Assembly (NCBI GenBank): GCA_963768055.1
Contig: CAVYGN010000001.1
Span: 1,088,001-1,152,000 of the forward strand
From: an uncultured Spirochaetota bacterium
GTDB taxonomy: Bacteria > Spirochaetota > Brevinematia > Brevinematales > JAOACQ01
Direction: 5' to 3'
Length of the DNA: 64,000 nucleotides
The notes under the pieces are model-generated. The model made no database searches, was not told the DNA's origin, and saw nothing but the letters and a program-made list of their open reading frames with translations. Below are positions 8,867 to 15,728 of the stretch, one piece after another. Positions within the stretch are counted from its first letter, which is position 1. Each line of letters begins with the position of its first letter. The translations under genes were made by a program, and so were the position numbers.

Positions 8867-10693
8867 ATGATAAACGAATTAAATAAATATTTCAGGTCTG
8901 CAGCTTTATTTTTTTCATTATTTCTTGTTACCCGGATCATGGTTTACGGGCAGGAAACCCCGGATGAAAAGGCGGGGGAACTTCTTTCAAAAATGTCGCT
9001 GGATGAAAAGATAGGCCAGATGACCCTTATCGAACAAGCTTATCTAAAAAGTCCGAATGATATAAAAAACTATCTTCTTGGAGGGCTTCTTTCGGGCGGC
9101 GAGCATACAAGGCTGGAAAAATACCTGTCCTCCGATTGGGCTGCTATGATCGATTCCTTCCAAAAGATCGCGCTTCAAACCAGGCTTAAAATACCTGTTT
9201 TCTACGGGATTGATGCCGTTCATGGAAACGGAGGGGTTCGAAACTCTGTCATTTTTCCCCATAATATCGGCATGGGCTGCACCCGGGATCCCGTACTGGT
9301 TGAACAAATGGCCCGGGCAACCGCCCTGGAAACATACGCCTGCGGAGTTAACTGGGTTTTTGCTCCATGCCTGGCTGTTTCAAGGAATATAAGGTGGGGG
9401 AGGGCATATGAAAGTTATTCTGAAAACCCCGATGTTGTAAGCGTCATGGGGGAAGAGGAGGTCAGGGGGTTACAGAGCAGTCTCAGGGGCGGCAGATTTT
9501 CAATATCTGCGGCCGCAAAACACTATGCCGGCGACGGAGGCACGGGCGATTCCCTCTGGCAGAACATGTGGGGAATCGACCGCGGCAATACGGTTATGCC
9601 TGAAAATAAATTCAGGGCTGTCCACCTGAAGCCCTATTTTTCGGCTGTCGATGCCGGTGCAAGAAGCGTGATGGTTTCTTTTTCAAGCTGGAACGGGATA
9701 AAAATGTCCGCGAACCGTTATCTTATAACCGGCGTCCTGAAGGGAGAAATGCATTTCGGGGGTTTTGTCGTTTCGGACTGGGGCGCCCTGAACCAGCTTT
9801 CCGGTGATTACATGAGTCAGATCGAGACAGCCGTCAACGCGGGCATCGACATGATCATGGTGCCCGATAATTACCATGATTTTGAATATAACCTCAAGGA
9901 GCTTGTCGGTGAATGGAAAATCCCCATGTCGAGGATTGACGACGCGGTAAGGAGGATACTGAGGGTAAAATATGAAATGGGACTTTTCTCTTATCCGTTC
10001 AGCGATCCGTCATTGATAAAAGAAGCGGGGGCGGAAGAACACAGGCGGCTTGCCCGTCGTTGCGTCAGGGAATCCGCTGTCCTGCTCAAAAACAAGGCTT
10101 TCCTGCCTCTGAATAAAAAAATAAAAAGGATATTTGTCTGCGGGAAGAATTCCGACAACCTCGGTTACCAGTGCGGCGGCTGGTCCATCAAATGGCAGGG
10201 TTTCGACGGGAATGATGCGACAAAGGGGACGACTGTCCTGCAGGCGATCAGGGAAACCGTATCGCCCGGGACCGAAATTATATATTCTATGAATGGAAGC
10301 GGCCTGGATAATTCGGGAGCCGATGCCGCCGTAGTAGTGCTGGGTGAAAAACCCTACGCCGAATTCATGGGCGACCGTTTCGACCTTTCCCTGGATGAAA
10401 GCGATTATGAAGTTATAGAAACAATTAAGAAATCTAAAGTACCCAAACTGCTTGTTATAATTTCAGGCAGACCTGTAATGATCTCCGATATTATCGATGA
10501 TTTCGACGCTGTTATTGCGGCATGGCTCCCGGGTTCAGAAGGCGAGGGTTGGGCGGATATTATTTTCGGGGATTATAAACCTACCGGTCGCCTTTCGTTT
10601 TCATGGCCGAAGAACATGGCGCAGGTGACGATGGATAAAAACCGCAAGGATTACAATCCGCTCTTTCCCTTCGGTTTCGGACTGGGGTATTAG
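8867..10693 (+). CDS. Glycoside hydrolase family 3 (beta-glucosidase / exo-beta-glucanase type), exported
   Basis: Signal peptide; EKIGQMT, GIDAVHG, RWGRAYESYSE, AKHYAGDGG, FVVSDW nucleophile, PLFPFGFGLGY. Confidence 0.95.
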   Translation: MINELNKYFRSAALFFSLFLVTRIMVYGQETPDEKAGELLSKMSLDEKIGQMTLIEQAYLKSPNDIKNYLLGGLLSGGEHTRLEKYLSSDWAAMIDSFQKIALQTRLKIPVFYGIDAVHGNGGVRNSVIFPHNIGMGCTRDPVLVEQMARATALETYACGVNWVFAPCLAVSRNIRWGRAYESYSENPDVVSVMGEEEVRGLQSSLRGGRFSISAAAKHYAGDGGTGDSLWQNMWGIDRGNTVMPENKFRAVHLKPYFSAVDAGARSVMVSFSSWNGIKMSANRYLITGVLKGEMHFGGFVVSDWGALNQLSGDYMSQIETAVNAGIDMIMVPDNYHDFEYNLKELVGEWKIPMSRIDDAVRRILRVKYEMGLFSYPFSDPSLIKEAGAEEHRRLARRCVRESAVLLKNKAFLPLNKKIKRIFVCGKNSDNLGYQCGGWSIKWQGFDGNDATKGTTVLQAIRETVSPGTEIIYSMNGSGLDNSGADAAVVVLGEKPYAEFMGDRFDLSLDESDYEVIETIKKSKVPKLLVIISGRPVMISDIIDDFDAVIAAWLPGSEGEGWADIIFGDYKPTGRLSFSWPKNMAQVTMDKNRKDYNPLFPFGFGLGY

Positions 10694-10733
10694 ACTTCAC
10701 GATATACTTAAGTAAACTAGAAATGGGGCGACG

Positions 10734-10763
10734 GAACCACAGATTGCACAGATAACGCTGATT
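10734..10763 (+). repeat. Left inverted arm (CACAGAT units) of the defence cassette
   Basis: gaaccacagatt-gcacagat-aacgctgatt; the first 12 nt are the exact reverse complement of 12919-12930. Confidence 0.8.
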
Positions 10764-10778
10764 TTTTAAAAAAATTTC

Positions 10779-11447
10779 TCAAATATTTTCTTCAAACGAA
10801 ATGATAGACATTTCAAAGGCAGTATAAAATTTATTCAACTTTTTTCTTGCTTCTTCGATTGTTAATATTTCAAACTGGACATCATTTATAATGGGATTGA
10901 GATATTCTTTCCGATAATCGATGATCGGTTGAAAATTCAAACCTAATGCGTTAATATCATCCAAAATTAATTGCTGATTTTTTAAATCTTTTTTCCTATT
11001 AGGAAGAAAATTATGCTGTTTAAAATCGTATTCGAGAAAATCAAAGGGATTGTAATCAAATTTATCAGGTTTAATGATGCCATGTAAAATTTTATCTCTT
11101 TTTCGTTTGATGTTTACATCGGTATGTACTACAAAAAAGTTTCCCCAATCCCAGCCATTATCTTTTTTTAATTTGGGGTCAAAATGATCCAATTGGCCCA
11201 TGAATTCAAATTTTATAAATTTTCCGTTTGTCCATTTATCAGGAGAAACGTTTTCTGCGTTTATAAGATACATCTCCGTATAGGCGCAAAGCCCTTTCTG
11301 TACCCATAATAGATTGGCAACTATGTCATAGTAGTATTTATTATTTGAAGAAGTGTATTCAGGGTGATTTTTCCCTGACTTGTCAAGTCTGTCAAGCCAC
11401 CTTTTATAAGCAAAAGCAAGATTCAAGTCTTTTTCAATTTTTCTCAT
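10779..11447 (-). CDS. HNH-type endonuclease (Septu PtuB / TIGR02646-like)
   Basis: QKGLCAYTE...LDHFDPK...WDWGNFF...DVN; likely start MRKIEK at 11447, overlapping the ATPase stop; AT-rich. Confidence 0.75.
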   Translation of the reverse strand: MRKIEKDLNLAFAYKRWLDRLDKSGKNHPEYTSSNNKYYYDIVANLLWVQKGLCAYTEMYLINAENVSPDKWTNGKFIKFEFMGQLDHFDPKLKKDNGWDWGNFFVVHTDVNIKRKRDKILHGIIKPDKFDYNPFDFLEYDFKQHNFLPNRKKDLKNQQLILDDINALGLNFQPIIDYRKEYLNPIINDVQFEILTIEEARKKLNKFYTAFEMSIISFEENI

Positions 11448-12792
11448 AATCATCCATTGGAATATCCCAAAACAACTTTTCCGCAAGTTTCTTAAATTTC
11501 TGATAAGTATCCTTAGCTTCTTTAGTATCCATTTGTTTTTTTCCTTTAAAATCATTCAGTTGATTTCTTAACATTAAAACCTCAGTAATCTTTTCTGAAC
11601 GTTTATATGAATAAGTTTCAGGTAAATCGAATACTTTTTTAAGTATCAAATCGTATGTTAAATAGGAAGGAATAATCGAATAATTATCAACATGTCTTTC
11701 TTTTTCTTCAGGGTAATACAATTCCTGAACTACTTCACCTTTTTTGTTAAATTTTAATTCCACAATTTCCCATGGCTCAAAACTTGAAGCGATGATAGGA
11801 GAATGTGTTGCGAAAAAGAATTGTGAATTTTTAGTTAGATTAACATAAAAATCGATAATGAATTTTTGAATGTCGGGATATAAGGACCTCTCAGGTTCAT
11901 CGTATAATATAAGGGAATCTTCAGGCTTCAATAAATATAAGGGCATGGCGCTGAAAATGACCTGTTTGGTACCTGTACTTAACAGATTTTGGGAAATCGA
12001 ATTGCCGTTAAAATCTTCAATTTTTATAAAACCCAGATCGTCTTTTTTTTGGAAGTCTAACTCTCTTTTTACTCTTAGGTTAAAATTTTTAAGTAGTGGG
12101 TCTAGGCATTTGTCCGCCAAATCAGTCAATGGATTAAATTCATTTTTTAACCATGAATCCAATTTTTTAACAGCTCTGGTTATCGCCGAAATATTGTTTT
12201 TTGCTTCCGCTATTTTCGAAATTTTCTGCCTTAATTTCAACTCAGTTTCCTGATGTTCTTGAATTTTCGATAAAACAATTTTCCAGACGTCCCCTAAATT
12301 ATAATCACTAAAATCAATGATCCTTTCTGTAATCAGATTTATTTCTTTTGTGTTCATTTCGTCATAATGTAATTCAGCAGGAAAATAAATAAATTGATTT
12401 TTAATTTCACTTTGGTATTTTATAAATTTATCAAATGCAGGTTTGAATTCGATTGGTTTCCCATCCTCATATTCATTGACCCAATAAGTTATGTTTTTAT
12501 TTTCTTTTTCATCAAAACCCACACGAACAACCATTTCCAAATCTTTTTCTTTTCTCGTAATATAAACATTTTTAAAATCATCAAATTTATATTCTTTGAA
12601 CAAATTTGTTATATTATAAGTATTTCCTCCAATAATCTTTAAAAGTGTTGTTTTACCTGTGCCGCTTTGCCCAATGAAACATACTTTTTCCAGAGGCTCG
12701 CCTTCTTTCTTATGTCCTTTTGGATATGTCAAATCGATTTCCAAATCCTTGAATTGATGAAAATCATTTAAACTGATTTTTGTTATTTTCAT
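11434..12792 (-). CDS. ABC/AAA_21-type ATPase (Septu PtuA-like)
   Basis: Walker A GQSGTGKT, signature LSTGTKQ, Walker B LYDEPE, H-loop FATHSP; AT-rich. Confidence 0.85.
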   Translation of the reverse strand: MKITKISLNDFHQFKDLEIDLTYPKGHKKEGEPLEKVCFIGQSGTGKTTLLKIIGGNTYNITNLFKEYKFDDFKNVYITRKEKDLEMVVRVGFDEKENKNITYWVNEYEDGKPIEFKPAFDKFIKYQSEIKNQFIYFPAELHYDEMNTKEINLITERIIDFSDYNLGDVWKIVLSKIQEHQETELKLRQKISKIAEAKNNISAITRAVKKLDSWLKNEFNPLTDLADKCLDPLLKNFNLRVKRELDFQKKDDLGFIKIEDFNGNSISQNLLSTGTKQVIFSAMPLYLLKPEDSLILYDEPERSLYPDIQKFIIDFYVNLTKNSQFFFATHSPIIASSFEPWEIVELKFNKKGEVVQELYYPEEKERHVDNYSIIPSYLTYDLILKKVFDLPETYSYKRSEKITEVLMLRNQLNDFKGKKQMDTKEAKDTYQKFKKLAEKLFWDIPMDDYEKN

Positions 12793-12821
12793 ATATTAAA
12801 CCTTTTAACTTTACTGAAAAA

Positions 12822-12850
12822 ATTATAATTCTTTATTTAAAATACCGCAA
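12822..12850 (-). promoter_or_regulatory. Sigma70-type promoter inside the defence cassette
   Basis: TTGCGG-17 nt-TATAAT about 30 nt upstream of the ATPase ATG. Confidence 0.6.
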
Positions 12851-12893
12851 AGAAATAATAGTAAAATGAAAAATTGATTTCACTGAAAATGTT

Positions 12894-12930
12894 AATCAGA
12901 TCTGTGTTCATCTGTGTGAATCTGTGGTTC
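12894..12930 (-). repeat. Right inverted arm (ATCTGTG units) of the defence cassette
   Basis: aatcag-atctgtgttc-atctgtgtg-aatctgtggttc; reverse complement resembles the left arm. Confidence 0.8.
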
Positions 12931-12950
12931 ATTTCCTTTGAATTGTAATA

Positions 12951-13340
12951 TCAAAAGAATATTTTTTTAACCAGCGGGATAAGTAAAAAAATGACTCCTA
13001 TTATAACAGCATTTATCGCTGCAAGAAGCACGGCCCCGGCTGAAATATCCTTGATAACTCCTATCTTTTTGCTATGCTTCCCCCCGCCGGATTCGTCGCA
13101 GAGCTTTTCGAGCGCGGTATTGAACAATTCGCAGGCAAGAACGAAAAATATGGATATTATTATCAATCCCCATTCCAGGGGTTTTATCATAAGATAAAAA
13201 CCGGCTATAAGAACGGGTATGATAATAATGAGATGGAAACGGAAATTTTGCTCGAGCTTCGCTGTTATAAAGATCCCTTTAAAAGCGAAAACGAAACTGG
13301 ATCCTAATTTTTTGAAGTTAATAATACTTTTCATAATCAT
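12951..13340 (-). CDS. dgkA: Diacylglycerol/undecaprenol kinase family protein
   Basis: SFVFAFKGI, EQNFRFH, ELFNTALEKLCD, KDISAGAVL; start moved to ATG 13340 after GGAG. Confidence 0.9.
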   Translation of the reverse strand: MIMKSIINFKKLGSSFVFAFKGIFITAKLEQNFRFHLIIIIPVLIAGFYLMIKPLEWGLIIISIFFVLACELFNTALEKLCDESGGGKHSKKIGVIKDISAGAVLLAAINAVIIGVIFLLIPLVKKIFF

Positions 13341-13391
13341 GGTACGGAAACTCCCGCTCATCGCAGGACGGGCGGGAGTAAGCCTAAAATT

Positions 13392-13465
13392 CGGGGTTGA
13401 CGGGACTTGAACCCGCGGCACCTGACGTGACAGGCCAGTACTCTAACCAACTGAGCTACAACCCC
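13392..13465 (-). tRNA. tRNA-Asp(GTC)
   Basis: GGGGTTGTAGCTCAGTTGGTTAGAGTACTGGCCTGTCACGTCAGG...GGTTCAAGTCCCGTCAACCCCG cloverleaf; CCA not encoded. Confidence 0.96.
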
Positions 13466-13475
13466 TTGTTACTTT

Positions 13476-13549
13476 TAGCGGGAGGGGGAGTTGAACCCTC
13501 GACACGCGGATTATGATTCCGCTGCTCTGACCAGCTGAGCTATCCCGCC
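13476..13549 (-). tRNA. tRNA with CAT anticodon (elongator Met likely; Ile2 not excluded)
   Basis: GGCGGGATAGCTCAGCTGGTCAGAGCAGCGGAATCATAATCCGC...GGTTCAACTCCCCCTCCCGCTA. Confidence 0.9.
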
Positions 13550-13559
13550 ACAAAAAAAT

Positions 13560-13633
<74 letters not shown>

Positions 13634-13641
13634 ACGTTGTT

Positions 13642-13677
13642 CCTTCCAGGACCTTGCCCTTCCAGGACCTTGCCCTT
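13642..13677. repeat. 16-bp tandem duplication in the tRNA operon leader
   Basis: ccttccaggaccttgc twice, plus cctt. Confidence 0.85.
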
Positions 13678-13688
13678 AAAGGGACATA

Positions 13689-13717
13689 ATTATATTTTAA
13701 AACCCCCGATCTGTCAA
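13689..13717 (-). promoter_or_regulatory. Consensus sigma70 promoter of the fMet-Met-Asp tRNA operon
   Basis: TTGACA-17 nt-TATAAT. Confidence 0.88.
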
Positions 13718-13726
13718 ATTTCAATC

Positions 13727-13834
13727 CCGGTCGTCAGTCTCGTCAGTCAAAAGTCGGCAGTCGATAGTCAACAGTATAATCAACACAAAAGTTATAGTAC
13801 GACTTTCGACTTCTGACTGTTGACTATCGACCGG
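13727..13834. repeat. Palindrome built from 7-nt AGTC/GACT-periodic units
   Basis: gtcgatagtcaacagt (13760-13775) is the perfect inverse of actgttgactatcgac (13816-13831); outer ccggtcg/cgaccgg. Confidence 0.85.
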
Positions 13835-14560
13835 TTACTTCAGGCCTTTCTTGAGCTGTATGAATTTGCCTTTCATCCTTTTAAATATATTTTTAATGAC
13901 AAGGCAGTCGTAATCGTCTAAATTTGCCCTGATAAGTATTTTATTTATATAATTTTTTAAACGCCAGGATGGAACGCTTTTAAAAAAATCCATAGCTTCA
14001 AAGGCCGAAATGATGGTTATCATCATATTCTCGTAATTTTCTCGTGCAGCGGTATTTGAGGGACCTGTATTGCCGGTTTCATTTGAATGCCCGGTCCTGT
14101 ATATATCGTAAAGCGTGATCATGACTGCCTGCGCCAGGTTTATGGAAGGAAATGAGCCGGAGGATGGAATTGAGCATATCAGGTCGCAGTCTCTGATCTC
14201 CTCGTTTGTGAGGCCGTATTTTTCCCTTCCGAAAACGAGGCTAACCCTTTTTTCACTGTAATTTATCAGGTATTTTGAGAAATCCTCCAGGACGAAGTCC
14301 CTTCTTCTCCATTTTCCTACACGCCTTGTTATCGCGGCGGAAAGGTCTGTCTCCATGAGGGCCTCTTTAAGGCTTGAAAATACCCTGGCGTTTTTTAGAA
14401 TTTCCGATGCATGGACCGCGTAATTTATCGCGTTCGGAGAAAGATGGTCAGCTCGGGGGTTGATAAGTGCAAGCTCGGATATTCCCATGTTTTTCATGGC
14501 CCTTGAGACCGCCCCGATATTTTCTTCACCCTCCGTTTCAACCAAAACAACGGTTATCAA
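13835..14560 (-). CDS. trmJ: TrmJ/LasT family SPOUT RNA methyltransferase
   Basis: ENIGAVSRAMKNMG, VFGREKYGLTNEE, SINLAQAV. Confidence 0.88.
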   Translation of the reverse strand: MITVVLVETEGEENIGAVSRAMKNMGISELALINPRADHLSPNAINYAVHASEILKNARVFSSLKEALMETDLSAAITRRVGKWRRRDFVLEDFSKYLINYSEKRVSLVFGREKYGLTNEEIRDCDLICSIPSSGSFPSINLAQAVMITLYDIYRTGHSNETGNTGPSNTAARENYENMMITIISAFEAMDFFKSVPSWRLKNYINKILIRANLDDYDCLVIKNIFKRMKGKFIQLKKGLK

Positions 14561-15474
14561 TGAACTGCTGCCTCAATAAGCATTTTAGAGGCTGTTTCTG
14601 GATCCGCGTAAAATACCATGTGTCCTGTATTCGTCAGCAATGTGACCTTTACGTCAGGCAGTACCTTTTCAAGTTTGCGGATGCCCTCTTTGAGATTGTC
14701 CTTATCGCCCTGCAGGATCCGGACAGGAATTTTAATCTCTTTATATTTCCTGCTCTGCATGCCTAGTTCTTTATTAAAAGTATCGAGAGAAAGCCCGAAA
14801 GATCTTAAAGCTCCCGGATCGGTGAGAATAATCCTGTATCTGTCTATAAATCCTGGAGGGATTGAATTTGTGTTTGGTCCGAAAGCATCGTATAAGCCTT
14901 TTTCGACCATGCCGGGCGCCAATGTCATTGAGAAAAGCACCGAAAAGCCCTTGCCTATGAGCGGCAGTTTAAATATACCCATCGATTTATACCTGGTATT
15001 GACAGGATATGACGCGGAAGCGAAAAGGACAAGGCTCTTTATACGCGAAGGGTGGTCTATGGCCTCTTTAAGGGCGACTGCGCCGCCGTATGAATGACCG
15101 CAAAGGACGATATTGGAAAGATTCATCGTTTCAATAAATTCATTTAGAGTTTTCGCGTTTAGTGCAATTGTGGGCCTTTCATTTGGGATTGAACTGCCGC
15201 CGGATCCTATCCGGTCTATTCTTACGACTGTCAATGTATTTGTAAGATAAGGGACAAGAACATCCCACATGTCGAGTGTGCCTGGAGCTCCATGGAGTAA
15301 AAGGACGACCGGGCCTCTGCCTTCCATCTTATACCTGATTGAATATTTTCCAATTGAAACGGTTTCTCCTCCTAACTCTTTCGGAAAATTCCTTTTATAT
15401 GTCACCCCGGCAACACAGAGCAGGACTATAACGGCCGCTATTGCTGCGGCAAAAAATAATAACCCTTTTTTCAT
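14557..15474 (-). CDS. Membrane-anchored alpha/beta hydrolase
   Basis: N-terminal hydrophobic anchor, LLLHGAPG, GHSYGG nucleophile elbow, TGHM. Confidence 0.88.
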   Translation of the reverse strand: MKKGLLFFAAAIAAVIVLLCVAGVTYKRNFPKELGGETVSIGKYSIRYKMEGRGPVVLLLHGAPGTLDMWDVLVPYLTNTLTVVRIDRIGSGGSSIPNERPTIALNAKTLNEFIETMNLSNIVLCGHSYGGAVALKEAIDHPSRIKSLVLFASASYPVNTRYKSMGIFKLPLIGKGFSVLFSMTLAPGMVEKGLYDAFGPNTNSIPPGFIDRYRIILTDPGALRSFGLSLDTFNKELGMQSRKYKEIKIPVRILQGDKDNLKEGIRKLEKVLPDVKVTLLTNTGHMVFYADPETASKMLIEAAVH

Positions 15475-15728
15475 GATTCCTCCGTTATTATTTCAAATCT
15501 GTAATTTTATATATGCTGATTTATTATGTCAAAAATAGTGGAACAAATTTACTTTTTTCCTCCAATCCATTTTCGGATTGATAGGTGTTGCACTTCGTGT
15601 TTGAACTTTCATGCACTGCAGGAGTCTGAAATAAAGCGCGGTGTTTTTTAGAAATGACATTGAATTTTGATTTAACGGTATTGTTTGATTATAATAATAA
15701 TTCTTTTAAACCGTGGAGGGATTTTTTT

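Noticed and set aside
10721..10737. aaatggggcgacggaac resembling the 3' end of tRNA-Asp (possible att relic)
   Set aside because: Match is short and gapped, no integrase is adjacent, and dgkA lies in between; cannot be told from chance.
11448..11555. N-terminal extension of the HNH ORF
   Set aside because: Overlaps the ATPase coding region; MRKIEK at 11447 is the more plausible start.
10779..12930. Complete retron
   Set aside because: No reverse transcriptase and no recognisable msr-msd inside the cassette.
13341..13421. N-terminal extension of dgkA
   Set aside because: Runs into tRNA-Asp; an RBS supports ATG 13340.
15480..15728. T-box leader before ileS
   Set aside because: No AAGGGTGGTACC-like T-box motif or terminator seen.
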